Positions 37,101-47,029 of a stretch of 64,000 bases of DNA are shown piece after piece; the first letter of the stretch is position 1, and the number at the start of each line of letters is the position of its first letter. A program made the position numbers and the translations under genes. The DNA comes from Bacteroidia bacterium (lineage in GTDB: Bacteria > Bacteroidota > Bacteroidia > NS11-12g > UBA955): positions 713-64,712 of the forward strand of contig CBFHXF010000007.1 in assembly GCA_965659745.1 (NCBI GenBank), written 5' to 3'. The notes beneath the pieces are model-generated. The model had not been told where the DNA came from, did no database searches, and saw nothing but the letters and a program-made list of their open reading frames with translations.

Positions 37101-38455
37101 TAACGACGTTTTAAACTGTATTTATCGATTTTGTTATAGAGGTGACTTCTTTGTATATCAATTTCAGAAGCGGTTTTGGCAACGTTCCATTGATTTTGAA
37201 TCAGCTTACGTTCAATAAATACTTTTTCAGCCCAATCTCTAAATTCTTGTAGGGTTTGATATTCATCAACAACACCAAATGGGTCAGAACCTCGCTGAGC
37301 TGGGTTGCTATACATGAAGACATCATCTCCGGTAATTTCTTTACCGGTTAAAATAACCAAACGTTCAATTACGTTTCTGAGTTCTCGGATATTGCCCGTC
37401 CAATTAACATCCTTCAACGCCTGATATCCATCTTCTGTAAAATCTTTTCTGGGGAATCCGTTTTCTGCGCAAATTTCATCTAAAAATTTATTTGCGATTA
37501 ATGGGATATCGTCGACGCGTTCATTTAATGTAGGCACATGAATAAGTATTACAGAAAGGCGGTGGTATAAATCCATACGGAATCTACCATGCTCGATTTC
37601 TTCAAGTAGGTTTTTATTGGTAGCGGCTACGATTCGTACGTCTACTTTTATTTCTTTGTCGCCCCCAACACGTGCAATTCGACCTTCTTGAATGGCTCTG
37701 AGTACTTTCGCTTGCGCAGCCATGCTCATATCTCCAATTTCATCTAAGAAAAGCGTTCCGCCATGGGCTTGTTCGAATTTTCCAATGCGCTGTTTAATAG
37801 CAGAGGTGAAGCTTCCCTTTTCATGACCGAAAAGTTCACTTTCAATTAACTCTGTAGGGATGGACGCACAGTTTACTTCTACCAAAGGTTGATTGGCGCG
37901 GGTACTGCGTTCGTGCAACCAACGGGCTACCAATTCTTTACCGGTTCCGTTTTCTCCGGTAATTAACACACGCGCTTCGGTGGGGGCCACCTTCTCAATG
38001 GTATCTTTAATTTTGGTAATGGCCGGTGTTTCTCCTATTATGTCAAAAGTTTTGGCAACCCTTCTTTTTAAATGGGTTGTTTCAACTACGAGGTTATTTC
38101 TGTCAATGGCATTTCTTAGGGTTATAAGAAGGCGATTGAGATCAGGCGGCTTGGTTATAAAGTCGAAGGCTCCTTTTTTTGTGCTTTCGATAGCCATTTC
38201 CACATTGCCATGTCCGGAAATCATGACCATTGGAATTTGAGGTTTTAAGGCTTGAACCCTTTCAAGGAGTTCAACACCATCAATACCCGGCATCTTTACA
38301 TCACACAGAATAACGTCAAAATCGTTTTTTTGTACGAGTTGCCATGCTTTTTCTCCGTTTTCGGCAAGAGTAACATCAAAATTTTCATATTCTAATATTT
38401 CCTTCAGTGTTTCTCTGATAGGAGCTTCGTCATCAATAACTAAAATATTGGGCAT
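37100..38455 (-). CDS. Sigma-54-dependent response regulator (NtrC/enhancer-binding protein family)
   Basis: 451 aa. REC domain (ILVIDDE...D58 region [14 protein letters not shown]), AAA+ sigma54 activator with GENGTGKE and [19 protein letters not shown] motifs, and C-terminal Fis-type HTH. No histidine kinase is adjacent. Confidence 0.8.
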   Translation of the reverse strand: MPNILVIDDEAPIRETLKEILEYENFDVTLAENGEKAWQLVQKNDFDVILCDVKMPGIDGVELLERVQALKPQIPMVMISGHGNVEMAIESTKKGAFDFITKPPDLNRLLITLRNAIDRNNLVVETTHLKRRVAKTFDIIGETPAITKIKDTIEKVAPTEARVLITGENGTGKELVARWLHERSTRANQPLVEVNCASIPTELIESELFGHEKGSFTSAIKQRIGKFEQAHGGTLFLDEIGDMSMAAQAKVLRAIQEGRIARVGGDKEIKVDVRIVAATNKNLLEEIEHGRFRMDLYHRLSVILIHVPTLNERVDDIPLIANKFLDEICAENGFPRKDFTEDGYQALKDVNWTGNIRELRNVIERLVILTGKEITGDDVFMYSNPAQRGSDPFGVVDEYQTLQEFRDWAEKVFIERKLIQNQWNVAKTASEIDIQRSHLYNKIDKYSLKRR

Positions 38456-38749
38456 ATGGTTTCGTCTTTAGTGTCTACAAATATGGTGGATTATTTAATA
38501 GACACTATCCACTTTTTTTCATAGGTTATCCACGAAAAATGACAAAGCGCCGAAAAAGAGGATTTTATGTGTAGTTGTAAAGTTGTTAAGTGTTTGATTT
38601 TGAATTTACTATTGTGTTAATCTGAGGTTTTAAATAGGAGCAAAGGCGTGCTGAAGCTTCCCCCGAGAAGCATTTGAATTTAATCGATGAATACAAATTA
38701 ATTTGTGATTATTGGATAATTGCAGCATATTTGTTCTCAATTGAAATGT

Positions 38750-39892
38750 ATGATACCAACAATAGCGAGTAAAAAAGCTTGGGTAGCGTGGGCTTTTTTT
38801 GGGCTTTTATCCTTGCAGGTACAAGCGCAACAAGATCCCTCGTATACGCATTTTACGTACAACAAACTACTTTATAACCCTGCTTACGCTGGGGCATCAG
38901 ATAATTTTTGTTTGAATGCCATCAATCACCAACAGTGGTTGGGTTACACCGATCAATCTCCGTTTATTGGAACCCAAGGTAATGGATTCCCCCAAACTGG
39001 AGAGTCTGTGAAAGGTGTAAATCCACGCACTACAGGAGTGGGTTTTTCCGCTCCCATTCGTTTGAAGATTAAAGAAGAGAAAGTAAATGTTGGGGGTGCC
39101 TATGCGTCCTTTATTTCAGACCGATTGGGTTATGAAAGTTCTACTTATTTTAGAGGGGGTATAGCAGGTGCATATGGTTTACCAGATGGATCTAGTATAC
39201 GTTTGGGATTTGAGGTAACTTCATTAACAAAACAATTAGACGGTAGTAAGCTGCGCTATCACGATCCTAATGATCCGAATATACCAAATGGATTGACCGG
39301 CGATACCAAAATAAACTTTGGTACGGGTTTATATTATATGAATCCGAATGTGATGGATGGAATCTGGGGCGGAATAAGCATGACGAATTTAGTTCCAACA
39401 GAATTTGAATACTCTACTGGGGGAAGCAACCTAGTTAAAATGGCCACTACACAGAATTTGTATATCATCGGTGGTGTTAAAATGGATCAATTTTTAGGAA
39501 ATCCTTCTTTGCGATTAGAGCCCTCCTTCTTATTGAAGTCTGCGATGGGTGAAAATGGTGGATTCATCAAACCTGAATTGGATTTGCAGGGGATGGTAAC
39601 TTATAATGATTTGTATGCAGCGGGATTGAATTTACGTTCTTACGTGGCTGGAGTAGATGCTTTGAGTATTATGATTGGATATTATCCACCCATTCCGGGT
39701 AACGCTTCTGGACAACAACAAACCTTACGTGTGGGGTATTCTTACGATATCACGTTGTCGAGCATGATTACTACGAATTCGGGTACTCATGAATTGCAAG
39801 TAAACTACTGTTTCAATTTTTCTTTACCTGATAGACCGCCAAAAATTTACCGACACCCACGTTGGATGGTGCGCGACCCATTGAAAGATTAA
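38750..39892 (+). CDS. PorP/SprF family type IX secretion system membrane protein
   Basis: Signal peptide, then mature N-terminus QQDPSYTHFTYNKLLYNPAYAGAS, the PorP/SprF hallmark. Predicted beta-barrel body. Directly upstream of gldK. Confidence 0.7.
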   Translation: MIPTIASKKAWVAWAFFGLLSLQVQAQQDPSYTHFTYNKLLYNPAYAGASDNFCLNAINHQQWLGYTDQSPFIGTQGNGFPQTGESVKGVNPRTTGVGFSAPIRLKIKEEKVNVGGAYASFISDRLGYESSTYFRGGIAGAYGLPDGSSIRLGFEVTSLTKQLDGSKLRYHDPNDPNIPNGLTGDTKINFGTGLYYMNPNVMDGIWGGISMTNLVPTEFEYSTGGSNLVKMATTQNLYIIGGVKMDQFLGNPSLRLEPSFLLKSAMGENGGFIKPELDLQGMVTYNDLYAAGLNLRSYVAGVDALSIMIGYYPPIPGNASGQQQTLRVGYSYDITLSSMITTNSGTHELQVNYCFNFSLPDRPPKIYRHPRWMVRDPLKD

Positions 39893-39962
39893 TAAAAAAG
39901 TTTATCCACATACAATAAACAATTATCGAGAGCGTTATTTAAAAAGGTGAAAGTGGAAAATA

Positions 39963-39992
39963 TTGGAAAATTGACATCTTTCCATATTTTTG
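39963..39992 (+). promoter_or_regulatory. Candidate Bacteroidota sigma-A-type promoter (TTG ... TATTTTTG -7 element) for gldK
   Basis: ATTGgaaaattgacatctttccaTATTTTTG: a TAnnTTTG match at 39985-39992 with TTG about 19 bp upstream, about 42 nt before the gldK ATG. Confidence 0.3.
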
Positions 39993-40033
39993 CAACTTCA
40001 CAAGCACTATACTTGAAACGAAATAAAATTACA

Positions 40034-41542
40034 ATGAGAAACCAATTGATGGATTTCATCGCTAAAAAAGGAGCATTGAAAATGCCAAAGGCCCTAACGG
40101 CAAACCCAACACTAAGGTTGTTTGCTATGGCTACGGTTGCCGTGTTTTTCGCAGGTTGTCCTAGCGATACCGGCGATTTGATCGGTGTGCAAGGTAGAAG
40201 CCCTTGGTTGCACCCTCAACCTCCAGGCATGGTCTATGTGAGAACAGGAACGTTCCACACTGGACAAGGTACGCAAGACGTTTTCCAGTCTTATTTAGAG
40301 CCCAATAAACAAATGACCGTTACGGGCTTCTGGATGGATGAAACGGAAATAACGAATAATGAATACCGTCAATTCGTTCACCATGTGATTGACTCTTTGG
40401 CACGTGCCATTTTGGATGAGGAAACTGGAGGGGGCGTTCACTTAGAATTAGCTAAGAAACCCGTGCCTCCTGAGGCAGGAGTTGCTTTGTTTACTTCTCA
40501 TGTAGATGACCCAGATGACCTGGAATACGATCCAAATGCATTTGACAACGAAGGTAACCCTATTAAGTATATCAACTATGATGAACCACTTGATAAAAAG
40601 TACCGTAGTAAAAACGGTGATAATTTCGATGAAATATTATATCGTCGTATGGATTATCAAGGGGCAGAGCGTTTCCGTTTCAAACGTCAAATTGACACAC
40701 GTAAATTGAAGTATCACTATCAGTGGCAGGATCTTGCTTTAGCAGCTAATATTGATCGCAACAAATACAATGCAATGAACCGCGAGCGTTTTCTTGTAGA
40801 CGAAGATGTATTGGTTTATCCAGATACATTGTGTTGGATACGCGACTTTACATACTCGTACAACGAGCCAATGGCGCGCCAGTATTTTTGGCACCCTCGT
40901 TACGACGATTATCCAGTAGTTGGTGTTAACTGGGCACAGGCTCGTGCTTTCTGTCATTGGAGAACTCATTTAAAGGAAAGTTACTGGAATCGTATCGGTT
41001 TGCCCAATACAGAAGATTTCAGATTGCCAACGGAATACGAGTGGGAATATGCCGCTAGAGGTGGTCGTATTGGAAATCGTTTTCCTTGGGGTGGTCCTTA
41101 TGCTAGAAATTCAAAAGGTTGTATGCTAGCCAATTTCAAGCCTATGCGTGGTGATTATGGAGCTAGTGACGGTGGTGTTTATCCTGTTCGCGTAGATAGT
41201 TATTTCCCAAATGATTTTGGTTTATATAATATGTCTGGCAACGTTTCAGAGTGGACATCAACTGCTTGGGATGAAACCAACAATTCATTTGTACACGATT
41301 TGAACGGTAACTACGATATTTACACCAAAGAACATTCAGAAGATGCCAAAGAACAGCAGGAAATTATGAATGTGCCTATTTCTCGCAAGCGCAAGGTAAT
41401 TCGCGGCGGTAGTTGGAAAGATGTGGCGTATTATATCGAGTGTGGCGCGCGTACCAGCGAATACCAAGATACAAGTAAATCTTATGTAGGATTCCGTTGT
41501 GTACAGAGTTACATAGGACGTTCAAATCAAGATTCTAAGTAA
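40034..41542 (+). CDS. gldK: Gliding motility / T9SS lipoprotein GldK (PorK), FGE-sulfatase-like domain
   Basis: Lipobox LFAMATVAVFFAGC. Formylglycine-generating-enzyme-like domain (PVVGVNWAQARAFCHWR, RGGSWKD...GFRCV). Occupies the first position of the gldKLMN gene order. Confidence 0.85.
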   Translation: MRNQLMDFIAKKGALKMPKALTANPTLRLFAMATVAVFFAGCPSDTGDLIGVQGRSPWLHPQPPGMVYVRTGTFHTGQGTQDVFQSYLEPNKQMTVTGFWMDETEITNNEYRQFVHHVIDSLARAILDEETGGGVHLELAKKPVPPEAGVALFTSHVDDPDDLEYDPNAFDNEGNPIKYINYDEPLDKKYRSKNGDNFDEILYRRMDYQGAERFRFKRQIDTRKLKYHYQWQDLALAANIDRNKYNAMNRERFLVDEDVLVYPDTLCWIRDFTYSYNEPMARQYFWHPRYDDYPVVGVNWAQARAFCHWRTHLKESYWNRIGLPNTEDFRLPTEYEWEYAARGGRIGNRFPWGGPYARNSKGCMLANFKPMRGDYGASDGGVYPVRVDSYFPNDFGLYNMSGNVSEWTSTAWDETNNSFVHDLNGNYDIYTKEHSEDAKEQQEIMNVPISRKRKVIRGGSWKDVAYYIECGARTSEYQDTSKSYVGFRCVQSYIGRSNQDSK

Positions 41543-41593
41543 AACAAAAACAAACAAACTAAACAACAATAAATCAAACTAAATTAATCTAAC

Positions 41594-42253
41594 ATGAGCA
41601 AAAGTTTTTTTGAATCGAAAAAGTGGAAAAAGACCATGAACTTCGTTTATGGTTTTGGTGCGGCAATCGTAATTGTGGGAGCACTTTTCAAAATCCTTCA
41701 CCTTCCTGGTGCGAACGCGATGCTTTCTATTGGACTTCTAACTGAGGCGGCTATCTTTATGATTTCTGCATTTGAACCTGTACATCAGGAACCAGATTGG
41801 TCATTGGTATATCCAGAGTTAGCAGGTGGAGAACCAACTAAAAAAGCTTCAGTAAGTGCTGGTGGAAGTGTTTCTCAGCAATTGGATTCTTTATTATCAC
41901 AAGCAAAAGTAGGTCCTGAATTAATCGAAAGTTTAGGTACCGGTTTGCAATCGTTGAGCACGAATGTTAAAGAAATGTCTTCTTTATCGAATGCGGCTGT
42001 TGCGACAAACGAATACGTAGACGCTACACACAAAGCAACCCAAAATATGGGAAGTATTGCTGATAGCAGTGCCGTAGTTTCTGATTCTTTGGGTTCTTTT
42101 TCAAGTTCATTGTCAAATGTAATGAACAACTTGAGCGAGTCTGAAGCCGCTACTGCACAATTTAAGGATGAAATTTCAGACTTGAATAAGAATCTTTCTA
42201 ACCTCAACAGCATCTATGGTAACATGTTGAGTGCAATGGGAGGTAATCGTTAA
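41594..42253 (+). CDS. gldL: Gliding motility / T9SS protein GldL (PorL)
   Basis: 219 aa. Two N-terminal TM helices (FVYGFGAAIVIVGALFKILHLPGANAMLSIGLLTEAAIFMISAFEP) and a cytoplasmic C-terminal domain. Confidence 0.85.
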   Translation: MSKSFFESKKWKKTMNFVYGFGAAIVIVGALFKILHLPGANAMLSIGLLTEAAIFMISAFEPVHQEPDWSLVYPELAGGEPTKKASVSAGGSVSQQLDSLLSQAKVGPELIESLGTGLQSLSTNVKEMSSLSNAAVATNEYVDATHKATQNMGSIADSSAVVSDSLGSFSSSLSNVMNNLSESEAATAQFKDEISDLNKNLSNLNSIYGNMLSAMGGNR

Positions 42254-42294
42254 TTTTTGTTGAATCCCCAATTTTAAACTATAAATAAGTAAAC

Positions 42295-44058
42295 ATGGCA
42301 GGAGGAAAAGTAAGTCCACGTCAGAAGATGATTAACATGATGTATCTCGTGTTAACAGCTCTTTTGGCGTTGAACGTGACAAAAGAAATCTTGCTTGCAT
42401 TTACCGTAATTGACAACTCTTTGAAGAAGTCAACCGCTAACATCGAAGTAAAAACGGTGCAAATGGTGTCTCAACTTCAAAAGATTGCGGGTGATAACCA
42501 AGCGGCCAAAGCGGCTTTAGGATATTGCAATGATGCAAACAAGACAACTTCAGATTTTATTAAAAACATTCGTGAGATTAAAACACACCTATTGCGTTAT
42601 TCATTAGGTGCTATTGATCCAAACGATAAAAATATCAAACCAGAAGACGCTTTCAGTATTCCAGATGAAACTCGTAAGGATTTCAAATTCTTTAAAGAAT
42701 TCCCTTGGGTTGAAACGAAGAATGGTGAAATGCCTGAATTAAAGGCGGGTGACAATCTCGATGATCATGTTCGTTATTTCAATGAAGAACTAGCGGGTAA
42801 GAGAGGTAAAGATTTAGAACTTGCAATTAATGACGCGAGGGTAAAATTATTGAGCTTGTTAAAAACAGCGCAGTCTGATAGTAACCTAGGAAAAAATTCT
42901 GAAACTCGTTCTTTTCTTAACAGTAAGATGATCGAACTTTCACAAAAAACTTCCTTAACTGCGGGTGATGTAAAAGATCCTTTTTCGAATAAATCTGGAA
43001 AAATCAAAGACAAAGAAGGCAAAATGTTGAATTGGTCTGAGGTTTATTTCCACAGCACTCCACTTGCAGCGGTATTCGCGATATTGTCTAAAACAGAAAA
43101 TGACGCCAAGCTTTTGGAGTCTGAAGTTTGTCAGGCATTAGCGGAATCAGTAAGTGCGGCGGATTTCAAATTTGATGCGATCATACCTGTTGTAGCAGCT
43201 AAAACCGGTGCGGTAGTAACAGGTCAAACCTACGAAGCAGACATTTTGTTGGCAGCTTATAATTCCAAAGCAGATATGAAAGTATTTGTAAATGGAAATA
43301 GCATTCCAGTAGAAGCGGGAGTTGGTAAATATAAAGTAACTCCTCAAAGTCCTGGTACAAACAATCTTGATGTTAAAATCTCTGTTCCTAAACCAGGTGG
43401 TGGTGAAGAAATTAAAGTAGGTAAAGCTGAATTTACCGCTTTTGCTCCTTCGGCTGCAATTTCTGCTGATGCTTTGGCAGTATTCTATGTAGGTTTAGAA
43501 AACCCTGTGTCTATCTCTGTTGGTGGTATCGATCCTAGCAATTATTTGGTTCGTATCGTAAATGAACAAGGTGGACCTACATCTGCTAAGATAATTGGTT
43601 CTAAAGGCCGCTATAAAGTATCTATTGCTAAAAGAACCGATGCTAAAGTGAAAATCCAAGTTGCCGTTAAATTATCTGACGGACGTGTGAAGAACATGGG
43701 TGAGAAGGTGTTTAAAGTAAACCGTGTTCCAGATCCTAGATTCCGTTGTGGTGGTGTTGAGTTTAAAGGTTCAGTAAACGTTAACGCGTTGAAATATCAA
43801 AAGGCAGCTACTGCGGTTCTTGATGGTTTCGTATACGAAGGAGTAAGATTCCGTGTAACGGGTTATAAGTTCATGGCCGTAGGTCGTCGTACTAATGGTC
43901 CAAAATTTGCTAAAAGTGGAAGTGCCGATTTAGGTCCCATCAAAGCGATTTTAGATCAATTAGGTCCTGGTGATTTGATGACCTTTACTGATATTACCGC
44001 TATCGGACCTGATGGCACAGAGCGTTTATTAGATAACGCAAGTGCTCAAGTGAAATAA
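42295..44058 (+). CDS. gldM: Gliding motility / T9SS protein GldM (PorM)
   Basis: N-terminus MAGGKVSPRQKMINMMYLVLTALLALNVTKEIL matches the GldM consensus. Single TM plus long periplasmic domain. Confidence 0.85.
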   Translation: MAGGKVSPRQKMINMMYLVLTALLALNVTKEILLAFTVIDNSLKKSTANIEVKTVQMVSQLQKIAGDNQAAKAALGYCNDANKTTSDFIKNIREIKTHLLRYSLGAIDPNDKNIKPEDAFSIPDETRKDFKFFKEFPWVETKNGEMPELKAGDNLDDHVRYFNEELAGKRGKDLELAINDARVKLLSLLKTAQSDSNLGKNSETRSFLNSKMIELSQKTSLTAGDVKDPFSNKSGKIKDKEGKMLNWSEVYFHSTPLAAVFAILSKTENDAKLLESEVCQALAESVSAADFKFDAIIPVVAAKTGAVVTGQTYEADILLAAYNSKADMKVFVNGNSIPVEAGVGKYKVTPQSPGTNNLDVKISVPKPGGGEEIKVGKAEFTAFAPSAAISADALAVFYVGLENPVSISVGGIDPSNYLVRIVNEQGGPTSAKIIGSKGRYKVSIAKRTDAKVKIQVAVKLSDGRVKNMGEKVFKVNRVPDPRFRCGGVEFKGSVNVNALKYQKAATAVLDGFVYEGVRFRVTGYKFMAVGRRTNGPKFAKSGSADLGPIKAILDQLGPGDLMTFTDITAIGPDGTERLLDNASAQVK

Positions 44059-44077
44059 TGATAATAATAAATCGGAA

Positions 44078-45109
44078 ATGATACGAAAAATTTGTTTAAC
44101 TCTACTTTTAGGTTCAGCTTTTACGCTGAATGCCCAATGGGGTGGATGGGGTGATGAAGAAACAACTTCTAATGACAAGGGATCACAATCCGTTGATTTA
44201 GGATCTTCGTCTGAGAAACCTGCAGCTCCTGCCGTAAAGCCTAAAATTGTAATTGAAGCCATAGGTACTCACTATGACGATGCACCTAAAGCGCATTTCG
44301 AACCTGAGTATGTAAATTCAGACACCAATATTTCCCTGCACCAAGGAGATTCTTTGTTAATTCGTAGACCTTATTTACGACAAGCGGACATAAAGTTCCG
44401 TCGCCGTATTTGGAGAGTTATAGATTTAAGACAGAAAATCAACAAGTCATGGACATGGCCTCGTAGTCCTATTACTCAAGTTTTTTGGGAATTGGGAACG
44501 AAAGGTTTGGTGAGAGCATATGCAAATGATTCTTTTAATCGTATCATTACTCCTGAGCAGATTCTTGAAATAACCTCTAGTTTAGACAAGGTACCTGTTT
44601 TATTACCTGGTGTGGATCCCGCAGAGGCAACTGGTGATGATTACGTGGATAGTACGATTGTGGTAATGTTCAAATGGAATAACATTAATAAGTTCGAAAT
44701 TATGGAAGACTGGGTTTTTGATTATAAGCATGGTGAAATGAAACCTATAATTATAGGAATCGCTCCAGTAAAGCCTGAATTTATTGATGCACCGCAACCG
44801 GATGGTACTACCAAGAAAGAAATGGTTGGAGAGAGTAAACCCTTTTGGATGAAAATGGATGATTGCCGTGCAACTCTTACCAAATCTCAAGTTTTCAATC
44901 GTTATAATGATGCTATGCGTTTAAATTGGGACCAACACATCAACTTACACAGACTATTTGATAGCTATATAGTAAAGCAAACCGATTGGGATGACTTATA
45001 TATAGCCTCAAAAACTGAGTTTAAAGATGACAAAGTGGCTACCTTGCTAGAAGCAGAAAAAATCAAGAATGATTTGTTCATATTCGAACATGATCTTTGG
45101 GAATACTAA
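44078..45109 (+). CDS. gldN: Gliding motility / T9SS protein GldN (PorN)
   Basis: 343 aa, signal peptide MIRKICLTLLLGSAFTLNAQ. Last gene of the gldKLMN operon. Confidence 0.8.
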   Translation: MIRKICLTLLLGSAFTLNAQWGGWGDEETTSNDKGSQSVDLGSSSEKPAAPAVKPKIVIEAIGTHYDDAPKAHFEPEYVNSDTNISLHQGDSLLIRRPYLRQADIKFRRRIWRVIDLRQKINKSWTWPRSPITQVFWELGTKGLVRAYANDSFNRIITPEQILEITSSLDKVPVLLPGVDPAEATGDDYVDSTIVVMFKWNNINKFEIMEDWVFDYKHGEMKPIIIGIAPVKPEFIDAPQPDGTTKKEMVGESKPFWMKMDDCRATLTKSQVFNRYNDAMRLNWDQHINLHRLFDSYIVKQTDWDDLYIASKTEFKDDKVATLLEAEKIKNDLFIFEHDLWEY

Positions 45110-45136
45110 AAATCCCTAAATTCAGTAAATATCTAA

Positions 45137-45170
45137 AGAGGCTATCAGTTGTGATAGCCTCTTTTTTTTT
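45137..45170 (+). terminator. Rho-independent terminator of the gldKLMN operon
   Basis: AGAGGCTATCAgttgTGATAGCCTCT: a perfect 11-bp stem followed by TTTTTTTTT. Confidence 0.7.
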
Positions 45171-45247
45171 AAAAATTTTCTTAGATTACATCCCCATTCT
45201 TTTAAGGTGAAGGAATAGAATTCATAATTGTTGATTTTTAGTATGGC

Positions 45248-45281
45248 TTGTTAAACTTCTAAATGATTTTTCGTATCTTTG
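45248..45281 (+). promoter_or_regulatory. Candidate promoter (TTG ... TATCTTTG) for the yceD-rpmF-plsX-fabH operon
   Basis: TTG at 45248-45250 and the TAnnTTTG match TATCTTTG at 45274-45281, about 29 nt upstream of the yceD-like start. Confidence 0.25.
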
Positions 45282-45309
45282 CGCTTCGTTTGTTTATAGG
45301 TGTTTAAAG

Positions 45310-45852
45310 ATGGAAGAATTCGATATTGAGTTTGTGAAGCTTAAAAATGGAATTCATCACTTTGAATACCAAATAGACGCAGCGTTCTTTGACTTTTTCA
45401 AGAATCAAGATATCAATTCGGCTAGAGTAACGGTAAAAGTTAGTTTAGACAAATTGGACACGCTTTTACGTCTCGATATTAATGGAGATGGTTACGTGGG
45501 TCTGGTTTGTGATCGTTGCTTAAGTGATGTTGAGTACCCGGTGAATAATCAATTTAAGGTTATTTATCATTTGAATGCGATAGAGAATAGAGTAGATGAG
45601 GCTCAAGAAGTTAATCTAGATATTTTTTACCTTTCTGGTGCTCAATTCAAGATTAATATTGCCGAATCTATATATCAGAGCTTTTTAACGGAAATACCAA
45701 TGGTAAAACGCTGTGATGATATTGAAGGAAAGGATTGTAGCATGGATATGTTAGAAGCCCTAGATTCTTTGGAAGATTCAAACGATGCAAAAAACGAAAT
45801 TGACCCTAGATGGGAAGAACTAAAAAAACTATTAAACAAAAAAGAGAAATAA
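45310..45852 (+). CDS. YceD/DUF177 family protein (23S rRNA accumulation protein-like)
   Basis: 180 aa acidic protein with a DRCLSD Cys motif. Conserved position immediately upstream of rpmF-plsX. Confidence 0.65.
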   Translation: MEEFDIEFVKLKNGIHHFEYQIDAAFFDFFKNQDINSARVTVKVSLDKLDTLLRLDINGDGYVGLVCDRCLSDVEYPVNNQFKVIYHLNAIENRVDEAQEVNLDIFYLSGAQFKINIAESIYQSFLTEIPMVKRCDDIEGKDCSMDMLEALDSLEDSNDAKNEIDPRWEELKKLLNKKEK

Positions 45853-45864
45853 AACGTATTCATT

Positions 45865-46050
45865 ATGGCACATCCTAAACGAAAAATTTCCAAAACACGT
45901 AGAGATAAACGTCGTACTCACGACAAGTTAGTTATACGTCCAATGATTGCAGATCCTGTAACGGGTGATGTATCTTTATACCATCGTGTTAATCTTGAAA
46001 CGGGTATGTACCGTGGGGTTAAGGTGATGAAAGGTCGTAACGAAGACTAA
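45865..46050 (+). CDS. rpmF: 50S ribosomal protein L32
   Basis: 61 aa beginning MAHPKRKISKTRRDKRRTHDKL. Confidence 0.9.
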   Translation: MAHPKRKISKTRRDKRRTHDKLVIRPMIADPVTGDVSLYHRVNLETGMYRGVKVMKGRNED

Positions 46051-46054
46051 TTAA

Positions 46055-47029
46055 ATGATAAAAATAGGTATTGATGCAATGGGTGGGGATTATGCCCCAC
46101 TTGAAGCAATTAAGGGAGCGAGCCTATCTCAAAATGCGTTCCCTGATGTTCATTTGGTGCTTTATGGTGATGATGCTGCAATTCGTAAAATTGCCGAATC
46201 AGAAAACATAACCCTTGAGGGTATGACTGTAATTCATTGTTCTGAAGTAATAGAAATGGGTGAACATCCTGTTAAAGCAATTGCTTCAAAAAGGGATTCT
46301 TCCATTTTTAGAGGATTCGCCGACCTTGCATCTAATCAGATTCAAGGTTTTTTAAGTGCGGGTAATACAGGTGCAATGTTAGTGGGTTCTATACAAATCC
46401 TTAAGGCTATTGAGGGTATAGATCGCCCAAGTTTATTAACTACAGTGCCTAAACCGTCTGGAAATCATGGAATTGTCCTTGATGTTGGCGCAAATGCAGA
46501 CAATAAACCAGAACATTTGCAGCAATTTGCTCTTTTAGGGAGTATTTATGCTGAAGCCATACTGAAACGTGAAAATCCGAAAGTTGGATTGGTCAATATT
46601 GGTGAGGAAGATGAAAAAGGTAGTATTTTATCGCGTGCAGCCAATCAATTATTACGTACCACCCAACAAATAGACTTTATAGGAAATGTTGAAGGGCGTG
46701 AAATCTTCAGTGACAAACATGATGTGTTAGTCTGTGATGGTTTTACTGGTAACGTAATGGTTAAAGTTATTGAAGGATTCTATTATACACTTGCTAAACG
46801 CGGAGTGCAAGACGATTTCCTAGATACATTAAATTTCAAGAATCACGGTGGTGGATTAATACTAGGTGTTAAAGCCCCTGTTGTCGTGGGTCATGGAATT
46901 TCAAAAGCTCCTACTTTTGTTAAAATGGTGGAGTTAGTGAAAAATTCAGTTGAATCGGATTTTTGCTCTAAAGTGGGCGAAGCTTTTTCTATTCTACGCG
47001 CGAAAAACGCGGATCTCTCCAATGGATAA
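46055..47029 (+). CDS. plsX: Phosphate acyltransferase PlsX
   Basis: 324 aa. MIKIGIDAMGGDYAP N-terminus and FTGNVMVK motif. Confidence 0.9.
   Translation: MIKIGIDAMGGDYAPLEAIKGASLSQNAFPDVHLVLYGDDAAIRKIAESENITLEGMTVIHCSEVIEMGEHPVKAIASKRDSSIFRGFADLASNQIQGFLSAGNTGAMLVGSIQILKAIEGIDRPSLLTTVPKPSGNHGIVLDVGANADNKPEHLQQFALLGSIYAEAILKRENPKVGLVNIGEEDEKGSILSRAANQLLRTTQQIDFIGNVEGREIFSDKHDVLVCDGFTGNVMVKVIEGFYYTLAKRGVQDDFLDTLNFKNHGGGLILGVKAPVVVGHGISKAPTFVKMVELVKNSVESDFCSKVGEAFSILRAKNADLSNG

Noticed and set aside
38456-38719. Sigma-54 (-24/-12) promoter upstream of the porP-like gene, driven by the adjacent EBP
   Set aside because: I scanned for GG-N10-GC / TGGCAC-N5-TTGC. The nearest candidate (TTGGATAATTGCAGCA) has the wrong spacing, so no convincing element was seen by eye.
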